Below are positions 32,907 through 44,513 of a stretch of 64,000 nt of DNA, in pieces. The stretch's first letter is position 1, and each line of letters starts with the position of its first letter. The stretch covers positions 128,001 through 192,000 of the forward strand of contig CAWCPV010000003.1 of NCBI GenBank assembly GCA_963797555.1, in the 5' to 3' direction. Below the pieces are notes generated by a model that saw only the letters and a program-made list of their open reading frames with translations, was not told the origin of the DNA and searched no databases. Made by a program: the position numbers and the translations under genes. Source of the DNA: an uncultured Gammaproteobacteria bacterium. GTDB taxonomy: Bacteria > Pseudomonadota > Gammaproteobacteria > CAWCPV01.

Positions 32907-34681
32907 ATGCTCGACGATCTGATCCGGCGCCAACGGCTTCAAGCCCTTGCCGGCAGCACTGCATTCGAGCGCGGCGAGGCATACTTCCGCGACGGTCGGG
33001 TGGAGGTCGTAGCCGACGAGGATGACGAGCTGGCCGGGTCCGTGGAGGGCGGCGAAGTCTACGGCGTCCGGCTTCGCGCGGAACGCGGGGACCTGCGCTG
33101 GAGCTGCACCTGCCCGGCGGGCGAACGCGGGGAATTCTGCAAACACGCGGTGGCTCTTGCCCTGACACGGTTCGCCAAAGACGGGGGACACCCTGCTGCC
33201 GAGGGGGAGTCGGGCGATGAGCATTCCGAGGAGCCGCCTGCCGTAGAGCCCGCGTCGAAGAAGAAGCGGGGTGGCACAGAGGCGAAGCTGCGCGCCTTCC
33301 TGGAGGCTCAGGACGATGTCCGGCTGGTGGACTGGCTCTTGGAAGCCGCCCGCTCCGACCGGGCCTTGCGGGAGCGGCTGCTCCTCGCCGCGACTGCCGG
33401 CAGCGGTACCGCGGCGATGCGGAAAGTCGTCACCCAAGTCACCCGTACCCACGGCTTCGTGGACTATCACGAGATGCCGAGCTATGCCCAGCGCGTGGAG
33501 GAAATGATCGACGGCCTGGAGAAGCTGCTCGACAGCGGACACGCGGCCGACCTGATAGATCTCTGCGAGTATGCCGTCGACCGCCTGGAAGAGACGCTGC
33601 GGTCCTGCGACGATTCCGACGGCTACATGGGCGAGCTGCTCGGGCGGCTGCGGCGGCTGCATCTGCGGGCCTGCGAGGGGGCCCAGCCCGACCCGGTGGC
33701 ATTGGCCCGTCGCCTGTTCGGCCGGGAGACCACCGAGGAGTGGGACACCTTCATCGACATCGTGGACGATTATGGCCCGGTATTGGGAGAAGCGGGCCTC
33801 GCCGAGTACGAGCGTCTCGCCCGCGCGCAGTGGGACAAGCTGCCGGCATTGAAACCGGGCGACCAGAGTCGGGACCCCTCGGGGGCGCGTTTCGCCATCA
33901 CGGGCATCATGGAGCGGCTGGCCGCACGCTCCGGCGATCCCTTGGCCCTGGTGGAGGTGAAGAAGAAGGATCTTCCAGCCCTTACCATTTTCTGGGCATC
34001 GCCGAGATCTTCCGCGAGGCCGCACGACACGACGACGCCCTGTCCTGGGCCGAGCAGGGGCTTGCCGAGTTTAAGGGCAGTCCCGACTGGCGGCTGGAGG
34101 ATTTCTTGGTCGAGGAGTACGCGCGGCGCGAACGCTGGGAAGACGCCATGAATCTCGCCTGGACGCAGTTCGCGCGGTGGCCGGACGCCGAGGGCTACAA
34201 GAAGCTGGTGGGCCGCGCCCGGCGGGCGGGATCTCTGGAGCGCTGGCGCACGAAGGCCCTGGAGGCGCTGCGCGGGACCATCGCCGAAGCCCATAGTCGT
34301 ATGCAAGCGGCTTACCGAGGCCGCACCACCCTTGCCGACCACACCGCCCTCGTCGAGATCTTCCTTTGGGAAAAGGACCTCGATGCGGCGCTGGCCGAGG
34401 CGCAGACCGGCTCCGTCCAGATCCCCTCTCTCCTGAAGCTCGCCGAATCACTGAGCCCCACCCGCCCTCTGGAGGCCGTGACTCTCTATCAGCGTGCGGT
34501 CGAGCCCATCATCGAACAGAAGAAAAATGATGCGTACCGGCAGGCAACAGCCATCATCCGCACGGTGGGGAACATTCTCAAGGCGCATGACAAGGCGCAG
34601 GAGTTCGGCGCGTGGCTGGGTCGAGTGCGGCTCGCCCACAAGCCGAAGCGCAATTTGATGAAGCTGCTGGACGGGCTCTGA
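32907..34681 (+). CDS. SWIM zinc-finger / helical repeat protein, frameshift near 33975
   Basis: FERGEAYF...WSCTCP...FCKHAVA SWIM; continues in ORF 33740-34681 to HKPKRNLMKLLD. Confidence 0.8.
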
Positions 34682-34817
34682 TCCGCGCAGACCCGCTGCG
34701 CAGCGTTCTTACCGCCGTAACTCAACACCAACCATTTTGACAGCCACCGGGGAGAACGCGTGGAGAACGCGGTGCTGCCCTGTTCCGACCTGACGAGGGC
34801 CTACCGGGAGGTCCTAA

Positions 34818-35953
34818 GGAGCCTGTCGGACTTAAGGTAAAAACGCGGGTGTTGCAACGCCTCAAGGGGGGAATCTTGACCATGTGGCTCGGGTATTGGT
34901 GAGAAGCTATCCTTTTTTGCTTGGTAAGACCCTTCCCGTGCCTTCTTTTTACCCGTTCAGGGGGGTGCTGGGTGATGTGCTGCTCCACGATGAGATGCGT
35001 CTCGACATCCACCCCGGCCTGCACGTTGTAAGCCTGTTCGAACCCTCCACTGGAGGTGGGCATGATGCGTGATTCTTCATCCGTCAGATTGACCGGGTCC
35101 TTGGCCTGCGGGCCGGGTGTCGGAGGAGTCGGCGCCTTGCCCCGAGCCTTCTTGCCGGTGTGTTTCTCATAGACCTCGCGCTTGGCCTGCTTCTGTTCGA
35201 ACTCCGCCTGCTCGCGCTCAAAACGCGCCTGCGCCCGGGTCCGGATCTCCTCTTTCGCCCGGGCAATCGCCGCCAGTCGCTCTTCGCGACGCTTGAGCTC
35301 GGCGGGAATATCCATCTCCTCCGCCAGTGAGCTCCGGTCGGCCTGCTCGGCAAGGCGCATCAGGGCTTGCACTTCCTCCTGAAGCTGCGCCTCGAGCCGG
35401 TTCGCGTACTCCCAACTCAGCGCCTTATGCTTGCTGGCGTTTGCTTTGACCTTGCTCCCATCCAGCGCAATCGTGCCCAGCTTCACCAGCCCCATCTCTG
35501 CCGCCACCAGCAGAATCTCGACAAACAGCCCCTCCAGCTCCTTCAGAAACCGCCTGCGGAATTGCGCGATGGTGTCATGGTCCGGGTGCGTGTTGGCACA
35601 GATATACCGAAACGCGACCGAATCATGGGTCGCCTTCTCCAGCTTGCGACTGGAAAACACCCCCGTGGCATAGCCGTAGAACAGCAACACCACTACCATC
35701 GCCGGGTGGTCGGGCTTCGACCCCTTGCCCCCGTACACCGCCGACAGATGCCTCAGGTCCAACTGCTCCACAACCTCGACCACAAATCGAGCCAAATGCC
35801 CTTCCGGTAGATAGTCCTGCACGCAAGGCGGGAAAATATACGGGGTATCGCGGTCTATCGGGATGAATTCAACAACCATCTTGCTCCCCAGGCGGTGGCC
35901 TTCTACAGTGCGCCTATTCTACCCCCGAGTTGGCTCCAAGTCCGACAGCCTCC
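34818..35953 (-). mobile_element. IS1182-family element with internal deletion of the transposase 3' part
   Basis: Inverted repeats GGAGCCTGTCGGACTT (34818) / AAGTCCGACAGCCTCC (35938-35953). The ORF has YLPEGHLARF, SSRKLE, PDHDTI, ALDGSKVKANAS and NLTDEESRIM, then loses similarity. Confidence 0.85.
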
Positions 35954-36213
35954 TAGCGTGGGCAATGGCGAGCCGGTTGCGATCCATCTGAAGGCCGACG
36001 CCGAGATTCGGAAGAGGTTGGTCCGCTCTTGGAGAGCCAGTTCGAGACGCTCGAAGAGCCAGAGGACGCCATGGCCGTTCCGGCCGGGTGGCGCCCCCAG
36101 ACCAGGTAGTCAAGTTAATGCGCACCTCTTGGCGGGCATGAAAGGCTGGATGCCCAAAACAACCCGCTGCAGCCGACCCGGCTGTGGCCCGAAGGCGGTG
36201 GCGTGTCCGGCCT

Positions 36214-36969
36214 TCAGTCCGCGACGAGCCGGCGCGACTTCTTCAGATACAGAGCGGTTCCCCAGAGAATCGTCGCGGCGGCCACGATGGTGATGAACAT
36301 GCACACGTAGGGACCATCGCCGACCCACGTGCGGTCCTGCGCCCACAGGTTCCAGGTCCCAAGCACGGAGATGCCGGAGATCCAGCCGAACGGGGTGCCG
36401 TACTCCTTCACGATCAATCGCTTCCAGCGCAAGCTCATGCCGCCGATGGGCTTGCGCATGCCGCCGAGCCGAGGCAGCCACCGGGGCACGTCGCGGCAGT
36501 AGGCGGCAAACGCCGTGCCGAACTTGCCGCGCAGATAGTGCTCCTCGGCCGCGATGATCGCGACGTAGATGAACGTGAACAGGGGCACGGCCACTGTCAC
36601 GCAGTCCCACGAGTTCGAGGTGATCGCCACGCCGAGCAGGATCAGCAGGTTCCCGACGTAAAGTGGGTTGCGTGAATGGCGGTACAGGCCGTCGGTGACC
36701 AAGTCCTTGGCGTAGACGCGCCGGTTCCGGCCACCGCGACTCACGTACTTGAACCCAAAGCCAATCGTCGCGCCGCGAACGAGTTGGCCCAGCCCCGCGA
36801 CGGAGAAGCCGAGTAGCGCGGCCGCTAGCGTCGAGGCGAAAAGCCGCGGCCCCGGCAGGAGCGCGAGCGAGAACATAAGGGGGAACAGAAAGTTCCGCCA
36901 GTGGAACCAGAAGTTGCCGACGGCAACAAGCGGTCCGGGGCGGGTCGCCGTCGCGGGGGAGGCATTCAT
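36214..36969 (-). CDS. Isoprenylcysteine carboxyl methyltransferase / PEMT-family membrane protein
   Basis: LVTDGLYRHSRNPLYVGN...EEHYLRGKFG...YCRDVPRWLP. Confidence 0.88.
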   Translation of the reverse strand: MNASPATATRPGPLVAVGNFWFHWRNFLFPLMFSLALLPGPRLFASTLAAALLGFSVAGLGQLVRGATIGFGFKYVSRGGRNRRVYAKDLVTDGLYRHSRNPLYVGNLLILLGVAITSNSWDCVTVAVPLFTFIYVAIIAAEEHYLRGKFGTAFAAYCRDVPRWLPRLGGMRKPIGGMSLRWKRLIVKEYGTPFGWISGISVLGTWNLWAQDRTWVGDGPYVCMFITIVAAATILWGTALYLKKSRRLVAD

Positions 36970-36985
36970 GGAGTTGGGGCTCGCG

Positions 36986-37685
36986 TCACTTGATCGCGAC
37001 GATGCCGCAGAAGTTGTACCACTTGAAGAACGCTGCGATATACCGAAAGCCGGTCCGGAGCAGCAGTTCGCGGTTCTCAAGGAGTTTGTACGGGATCAGC
37101 ACATTCTCGAGTGCCTCGCGCTTCTGGACGATCTCCATCTCCGTATATCCGTTGCGGCGTTTCATGTCATAGTAGTACTTGATGAACAGTCGGTTGAAGT
37201 GCGAGTCCTCGCCGAGCACCTTCTCGACGAGGATCAGCGCGCCGTTGGCGCGCAGCCCGCCGAAGATATCCGCGAGCAGTCACCATGAGTGCTAACGACG
37301 CGTTCTCGATCTTCATGCCCTGGTTGAGGTCGAGGTACTGGATCTCGATCGGGCGCTTGAAGCCAAACCGGTGGAGCTTCTCTCGGCACTTGACCAGCAT
37401 CTCCTCGGAATTGTCGATGCCAACGAACATCGCGTCGCGCGGAACGGCGGGGTCAAGCGCGAGCATCGTGGTTCCCGTCGAGCAGCCCAAGTCGTAGACG
37501 CATCTGCTGGGCGTGACGATGTCGGCTGCCATTTCGCCGATCATCCGCTGAATCTCCGCGTAGAACGGCACCGAGCGGGCGACCATGTCGTCGAAGACGC
37601 CGGCCACCTCGACGGTGAACCGAAAATCGGCTACCACGTCCTTCTCCTCGCGGAACACCTCGTCGCGTGGCGCCTGCTCGATCAT
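36986..37685 (-). pseudogene. cmoA: Carboxy-SAM synthase with internal deletion or frameshift near 37280
   Basis: DFRFTVEVAGVFDDMVARSVPFY, YDLGCSTG; C-terminal KRRNGY..MEIVQKREALENVL...KWYNF lies in another frame. Confidence 0.85.
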
Positions 37686-37799
37686 GCGTGGGTTAGAAAG
37701 CCTATTCGGAAGAAAAGCAAAACAAGCCGCTCTTTTGAGTGCGAAACTGTATCGCAGGGCCACCTAGCGGTCAATCCTGACAAGCCCAAGCTCGTAATG

Positions 37800-37928
37800 T
37801 CACCGATCGGGGTCGTAGGGGGTTGTGGAAACGCGGCGGTTATGGGAATCGGACTGAGATCCCCTGGAAGACCGGTGGAAAAAGCCACCGAACCCCAAGG
37901 CTGTCCGCGCGCCGCATTTCTATTCGAC
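37800..37928 (+). mobile_element. Degenerate group II intron 3' end (partial domain V, domain VI)
   Basis: CCGATCGGGGTCGTAGGGGGTTGTGGAAACG...ATGGGAATCGGACTGAG...AGCCACCGAACCC...CGCGCGCCGCATTTCTATTCGAC resembles recalled bacterial group II intron ends; the outer segments can base-pair. Confidence 0.5.
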
Positions 37929-38190
37929 CGTGCACCCGACCATCGTGGTGGTAGCCCCTCTATCGATGCGGTGCGACCTGCTACAACTATAACCGCGTGT
38001 CTGTGAGCGGCAGTCAAGGCCCAAACGCCAAGGCCTCGGAATCGGTCTCCTGATAGCAGTGAGCACTCTCACAAAATCAGGTCGGACGTGTCCACTTGAT
38101 TTCGGAGCCAAGACAGCCACGATGGGTGCCCAAACGCGTTCAACAGCGCCCGACCCCGGATACGCCCCCTGTACTCCGCCTCCAAGTTTT

Positions 38191-38206
38191 TTTGGATTTC
38201 CTATCC
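38191..38206 (+). mobile_element. IS91 oriIS-like motif
   Basis: TTTGGATTTCCTATCC resembles the motif at 25476-25494. Confidence 0.4.
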
Positions 38207-38266
38207 TCAATGGAGACACCTGCCGCCCCCGTTTCCCGTGCGAGGAAACGGGGGCGAGGACCTCCG

Positions 38267-38878
38267 TCAAGACGATTTGGGTGCTGGAGGCCGAACGTCG
38301 ATCGCGACCGCTTCGGTATAAGTGATCACCACCTGATCGTTCACTTTAAGCCGATCGAAATGCTCGACCTGGGGGCCGGCCTTGATCCACTTGGTGGAAC
38401 CGTCCGGCCACTTCAGGAGGACCTTCCGCTGCTTCGCCTTGATCTTCAGGATCTGCGCCGAGACCTGGATCGAGTGGGCGACGATGCCGCCTGGCATCTG
38501 TCCTTTCGGTGCAACGGCCACCAGGCCGCCTCCTTCCGCGCTGGGTGTTTCTCCCGGTCCGACGACGGAAATTGCCACCGAATCCAGATAATCCACTTGA
38601 ACGATATCCCCGACCTTCACCTGGGGCAAATTGACGGCCGACTTATCGACGGTCAGGGTCACCTTGTTGCCGTTTGGTTTTTCCAGCGTGACTTTGCGGG
38701 TGGCGAGATCAACGGCCAGCACCTTGGCCTGAAGGGTAACCAGGTCCGTCACCACACCGCCAGGGATAACCACGGCGGGACTGGCTGGTGCCGTCGGGGC
38801 GGTGCCCGCAGGCTCCTCCGCGCAGGCCGGCAAAGCCGCTGCCATCAAACCAACTGCCATCCAAACTCCTACTTTCAT
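38267..38878 (-). CDS. Hypothetical exported protein with two internal beta-rich repeats
   Basis: Signal peptide; repeat pair AKVLAVDLATRKVTL...VKVGDIVQVDYLDSVAI and AQILKIKAKQRKVLL...LKVNDQVVITYTEAVAI. Confidence 0.75.
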   Translation of the reverse strand: MKVGVWMAVGLMAAALPACAEEPAGTAPTAPASPAVVIPGGVVTDLVTLQAKVLAVDLATRKVTLEKPNGNKVTLTVDKSAVNLPQVKVGDIVQVDYLDSVAISVVGPGETPSAEGGGLVAVAPKGQMPGGIVAHSIQVSAQILKIKAKQRKVLLKWPDGSTKWIKAGPQVEHFDRLKVNDQVVITYTEAVAIDVRPPAPKSS

Positions 38879-39159
38879 GTGCCGCTTCTCCTTTGGTTCG
38901 TTGACTGGCCGTTGACTACACCTTCATTTCTGAAAGCCTGGTTCACTTAACCCAGTAGCATTAGATTAGATCCAGTAGCATTCTGACCTCCTGACACTAA
39001 AAGACCTCATGCGTGCGGAGCCGTTAGTGGGCTGCTCGCGAACGAGGGTGTCGCGGGGCCGCCCCTCGCCCAAGCCACATCGGGGCCCCGTCGCGCTTGT
39101 CTCGCGCCGAGTTCACCCCTGTACTCAAGCCGAGGCGGGCACACGCCCGCCGTACCGCC

Positions 39160-39582
39160 ATGAATGCCTCTACCGCCGCCCCACACTCTACCGAGGGTAT
39201 GGCTTGGCCGGGGTTCGGAACCCTCCCGCGCGCCTGCCCGTACTGCGGGGAAAGCCGCATCATCGCCTCACGGCTAGCCCTCACGGCTAGCGGAGCCACG
39301 CGTGTTGGGGCGCAGCTTGGCTCGAATTGGAGGCGCAGTCAAGTCTGGTGTACGGGCGTTGGCTGAATGGCTGAATCAGCCGGCGATCCGGTTGGGTTCC
39401 TTGCTCGCCGCAGGCACGCCGTTTATGAGATGCACCGTGTTTGTGCCTGCAGCAACCGCCCAAGACATAGGCAACCGTGGTGAACGGCACCCCAGACCTT
39501 AGATACCATGCCCTCTGTACTCCACGTGTCATGCCCCCTATACTCTGCCACACGCTGTTCCTCGGGCAGTTGAATTCCTCCT
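39160..39582 (+). mobile_element. Possible second IS91-family 3' remnant
   Basis: LPRACPYCGESRII resembles the C-terminal CPxCG..RII motif; degenerate ori-like GCAGTTGAATTCCT at 39566. Confidence 0.35.
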
Positions 39583-39677
39583 CAATCCCCTACCCTCTCG
39601 CCGGCAGCTCTATGCGCCATGTAAGGGACGGCATGCGCAGCGGTCACGACGAGGCCCGCGACCGTCGCGGGGCCTCC

Positions 39678-40367
39678 ATGGAGCTCGTGTTGAGGGGCGA
39701 CCGACTGCCGAAGTTCGGCCTGCTCCTCGCACTGATGGTCGCCGACCTGACGCTGGCCCCTTTCATCGCCATGCTGCCGCGAGGGGCTGCTCTGGTCCAG
39801 GTGCTTACGTTGCTCGTCCTTTTGGCGGCGCTGGGCGTCGCAGGTTTGCGGCGCATCGCCGTCGTCCTGTTCGCCGTGGCACTGCTCTCGCACGTCGCGT
39901 CGAACGTGCTGGGGGGCTCGTCCCTCGCCGTCGCGTCGCCGGCGTTCCGCCTCGTGTTCCTGGCCTACGTGTTGGGGCTCGTCGTTGGACGGGTGCTGGC
40001 CGATCGTATCGTGAGTTTGGATACCATCGCGGGCGCGGCGTCCGCGTACGTGCTGCTCGGAGCCGTTTGGGGCAATCTGCTGCTGGTGGTCGAGCAACTG
40101 CAGCCGGGGTCCTTCCACGTGCCGATCGCGTGGACGCAAGGTCCCGGTCACACGCTGACAGCGGCGCTGATGTACTTCAGCTTCGCCACTCTCACCACCG
40201 TGGGATACGGGGACATCCACCCGAACAACGCCGCAGCGGGGAGCCTGTGCGCCGCCGAGGCGCTGGTCGGTCAGCTCTACCTGGCGATCATGATCGCTCG
40301 GATGGTCGGCCTGCACACGTCGGGCCACGCGACCGACGAGCGGGGCACGCCGGGGGAGGGGCCGTGA
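39678..40367 (+). CDS. Potassium channel family membrane protein
   Basis: Multiple TM segments; YFSFATLTTVGYGDIHP pore signature. Confidence 0.9.
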   Translation: MELVLRGDRLPKFGLLLALMVADLTLAPFIAMLPRGAALVQVLTLLVLLAALGVAGLRRIAVVLFAVALLSHVASNVLGGSSLAVASPAFRLVFLAYVLGLVVGRVLADRIVSLDTIAGAASAYVLLGAVWGNLLLVVEQLQPGSFHVPIAWTQGPGHTLTAALMYFSFATLTTVGYGDIHPNNAAAGSLCAAEALVGQLYLAIMIARMVGLHTSGHATDERGTPGEGP

Positions 40368-40553
40368 CCGCAGGCCTTGGGGAACCCGGCCCTCGGGGAA
40401 CCAGCGAAGCAGTCCGTCGTCGCGGCAGGAGATGACTCCGGAGCGTTCCGCGCAGTTGCATCCAGACTCGGCCATCCATGCCTTACTCGCCACGACCAAC
40501 GCTGCGCCTCCCTGATACCCACTGAGAATCCTTGCATCGAACGGCTCCGTCGC

Positions 40554-41147
40554 TCAGCGGCGCGTGCCTGCTGAGGCGCGGATCGCGGCGGCGATGTCGG
40601 CGCTCACCTTCGCCAGCGCGCGGCTGTGCGCGGCGGCGAGCGCGTCGAAGCCTTCGCCCTGCACGGCCTCGCGGGCGATCGTGCGGCCCGAGCGCGTGTT
40701 CCCGCCCGCCGTCTTGCGCACCGCCCACACCGCATCGACGAGCACCGACCTCGCCCTGGACCGACTCGAAGCGCTGGACGTTGATCGTGACCCGGTAGGC
40801 CGGATTGAAGTTCGCGAGCGGCGCTGCCGCCACGTCCGGCGTTCCGAGCAGCACCGCGAGGTCGCCGGCGACGGCGCGCGCGATGCCGTCGTTCAGCGGC
40901 GCGGCCCAGCGGTTGAACTCGTCGATGTCGACGCGGTTCGGCGCGACCTGGACCACGAACTCCGGCCGGTCGACCGATGCGGGGACGGACACCGGCCCGA
41001 CGAGGACGGCGTAGCGCGCCGCCGGCGCGTCGCCCGCCGTCGCCGTGGAATCGAGGGTGTAGAACCGCGACGGCGCCGTGGCGCAACCGGCTGCTGCCAG
41101 CCGCGACGAACGCGATCGAGAATCAGATGCGTGAGACGGCTCGCCAT
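40554..41147 (-). CDS. pqiC: PqiC lipoprotein (frameshifted)
   Basis: AGCATAPSRFYTL...VGPVSVPASVDRPE...RWAAPL...VQRFES. Confidence 0.8.
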
Positions 41148-42769
41148 CACTTCGCCTCCCCGGTCTTGCCGCGAATGAGCGCCTCGGGATGGCGCTCGAG
41201 ATAGTCCGCGAGCACGCGCAGACCCGCGGGCCGCGCGGCTCACCTCCTGGAGCGTGTTGCCCAGCTCCGCGCCCAGCACGGAGTTCGGCTCGACGAGCTT
41301 GTCGGCGTTGTTCGACGAGCGTGCGCGCGCTGTCGAGCGTGCCGCTCGCGCTCGGCGAGGGCCTGCGCGCATCGTCGCCGAGCGCCTGACGCACCTGGTC
41401 GAGCTTGAGGAGGCTCTGCATCGTCGCCGATCGCCTTGTACGGCACCTCGTCGAGCTTCTTGATGATACTGGCGACGCTCGCCTCGATCGCCTGGAGCTC
41501 GCCCGGAATGGTCGGCAACTGCACCGGCTTCTGCGACCAATCCACCGTCACCGGGGGCGCGTCGGGAAAGAAGTCGAACGCCACGAACAGTGCCCCGGTC
41601 AGCAGGTTCCCCGATCCGCAGCTGCGCCCGCACTCCGTGCGCCACCAAGGTGTCGATCAACTTCCTGCGGATGGCCGCGAATCCTGCGCCGGGCTCCAGG
41701 TCGACGATCTTGACCCCGAGCCGCGTCGCGTCCAAGCCGGATGGTCACCGGCGCCGAGAACTCGAAGGTCTTCGCGTCGACTTGTGCGCTGACATCGACG
41801 ACCTCGCCGACTGGAATGCCGCGGAACTCGACCGGCGCGCCGGGCGCCAGCCCGCGCACCGAATTGCTTGAAGACCAGCACGATAGGTCTGCGGATCGCG
41901 GGCGGGCAGCTTGAAGGCCTCGGCCCGGTCGCTGAACAGGGTGAAGACCGTGTCCGCCTCGGCCGCCGGCAGGACCGGGCCGGTCGCGGGCGTCTCGAAG
42001 GCGATGCCGCCGACCAGGATGGACAGCAGCGACTGGGTCTGCACCGTGAGGCCGCTCGCGGAGAGCGACACGTCGATCCCGCTCGCGTGCCAGAAGCGCG
42101 TGTTCGGCGTGACGTACTGGTCGTAGGGCGCCTTCACGAACACCTTGACGGTCGAGGCCTGGCCGTCCTTGTCGAGCTCGTACGACGCGACCTTCCCGAC
42201 CTGCAGCCGCCGGAAGTAGATCGGCGTGCCGCTGTCGAGCGAACCCAGGTTCGGGGCCTTCAGCAGGAAGAAGCGGCCGGGAGTATCGCCGGTGACCACC
42301 GGCGGCGTGTTCGAGCGCCACGAAGTCGCGCTTCTTCTCCTTCGAGTGGCCGATCTCCATGCCGATGTAGGCGCCGGAGATGAGGGTGCCCAAGCCCGTC
42401 ACGTTGGCGCCCGAGATGCGCGGGCGCACCACCCAGAACTTCGTATCGTCGACGAGGAAGCCTTCCGTCTTGGGGGCCATCTGCGCGGTGGTGATCACGA
42501 CGCTGGTGATCATCCGAGAGCCGGATCGTCGTGAGGGTGCCGACGTCGACGCCGTTGTAGTGGATCTTGGTCTTGCCGGCCTCGAGTCCCTCGGCCGACT
42601 GGAAGACGATGGTGATCTCGGGCCCCTCGCCGAGGATGCTCGTCACGGCGACCCAGGCGCCGACGATCGCCGCGACGATCGGGATGATCCAGACGAGGGA
42701 GAGCCGCGTGCGCTTCTTGGGGATGGCTCTCGACTCGGGGACTCGGGCGGGTCTGTCGCTCTCAGGCAT
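41147..42769 (-). CDS. pqiB: PqiB MCE-domain protein (several frameshifts)
   Basis: SLVWIIP...AEGLEAGKTKI...FWVVRPRI...GLGTLISGAYI...GTPIYFRRLQVG...SVRGLAPGAPVEFRGI spread over several frames. Confidence 0.85.
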
Positions 42770-43404
42770 GTCGAACCTCTTTCGAGCTGGCGGAATCCCA
42801 GATCAGCCGCGGGTCGAAGGACTCGACCGCGAGCATCGTCAGCACCACCACCGCCGCGAAGAAGAACAAGCCGGGCCCCGGCTCCACCGACATGAGCGGC
42901 TGGAGCTGCACCAGGGCGGCGGTGAAGGTGTCGACGAACACGTCGACCATCGACCAGCGTCCGATGAACTCGACCATCCGGTAGAGCCGGCCGCGCTGCT
43001 CGTTGCTCTCGACCGAGCCCCGCTGCACGCTGATGAGCAGGTAAGCCAGCGCCAGGATCTTCGCGCTCGGGATCATGATGCTGGCGACGAGCACGATGAG
43101 CGAGAGCGGCCATCCGGTCGGCGACCAGAGGAGCACGACGCCTTGCAGGATGGTGTCGGACTCGGCGCCCGCGGGCGTGGTCGTCGTCAGCACCGGGAGG
43201 ACGTTGGCCGGGACGTAGCAGATCGCCGCGGCGATCAAGAAGGCCCAGGTGCGCTGGAGGCTGTCCGTGCTTGCGGAAGACGAGCGCCTCGTCGCAGCGC
43301 GGGCAGCGCCCTTCGTCCTCGCCGGCTGCGGGACGCGAGAGCAGGCCGCAGGCCTCGCAGCTCTGCAGGCCCTGCTGCATCGCGGTCACGGCGGCCGCGC
43401 TCAC
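42762..43404 (-). CDS. pqiA: PqiA, C-terminal-type half (frameshifted)
   Basis: CEACG...CPRC; YVPANVLP...GRWSMVDVFV...ESFDPRLIWD. Confidence 0.85.
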
Positions 43405-44078
43405 GACGTCGCCCCGGCCATCCGGTCCCCGGCGGTCGCGCTGTCGCGCACCCGCCTCCGCCCACTCGATCCGCTCCCACACCTCCCGCGGATCGAAGCT
43501 CGCCTGCATCGCGGCGAGCACGAAGACCAGCCCCCCGAGCGCGAACAGCGCCACCCCCGGGATCACCGTCGCGTAGCTCCGCGATCTTGATGAGGGCGAC
43601 CAGCACGCCGAGCATCATGACCTCGATCATGCTCCAGGTGCGGGTGGTCGGGTGATGGCGCAGCAGCGTCCCGACCCATCGCGGCGCGCGTTCGCGTGCG
43701 CGCCCCGAGCACGATCGCCAGCATGAAGCCGATCTGCAGCGCCGGCGCGATGACGACGGTGAAGAGCACCAGCGCGGCGACGATCTCCTGCCCGTCCTCC
43801 CAGAGCTGCTCGGCGCCTCCGAGCACCGTCGTGAAGGCCTCGCGCCCGACGGCCGTGAGCCCGAGCATGGGAACCGAGTTCGCGAGCACGTAGAGCAGCG
43901 CGGCCGCGAGCGTCAGCGCCAGCGTCCGGTTGAGCGAGTCCTCACGCCGGCGCCAGAGCTCCTCGTCGCAGCGCGGGCAGCGTGCCGACGCGCCCGGCGC
44001 GAGATCCGGCAGGCGCTGCAGCAGGTCGCAGTGCGGGCAGGCGATCAGCGAGGGATCAGGTAGGGGCTGATTATACAA
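43401..44078 (-). CDS. pqiA: PqiA, N-terminal-type half (frameshifted)
   Basis: ACPHCDLLQ...ARCPRC...WSMIEVMMLGVLVALIKIA...FDPREVWERI. Confidence 0.85.
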
Positions 44079-44513
44079 GCGCTGAGGGAACGCGCCGGGC
44101 GATCCAATCGCTCGACGCAGTTAGAGAAGCGCAAGACGCGCCGTACGGACGCTATGGTAGTCTGGGGGGAGGGCGTTAGCAAGCACGCCCCTTGGGCCAA
44201 CGCTCGGGCTCGGGGAAGGCCGAGAGTCCGTTGACGAGCCAATGGCGTCAAACCAATGCGCTTGGGCGCCTCACCGCTGCCGGTGCCGGCACTGACCAGG
44301 CCGTCCAGCAGGGCAGGTGCAAAGCTTCGTCGGCGTGACAGCGGCATAGCGGATCTGGCGAGAATCGCCATCACCTGTTAACATACGGCGGCGCACGCCG
44401 CTCCGCGGCGATCGCGACGGACCGGGCGCGATGCAGCCCGAACTGAGGTGAACACAGTCGGCGGGGCGCGGTCGGATGGCGTGACTTCCGCGCATCCCCG
44501 AAGGAGCGAAACA

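Noticed and set aside
37690-37707. oriIS-like GGGTTAGAAAGCCTATTC
   Set aside because: Weak match, and its orientation would place the IS body inside cmoA coding sequence.
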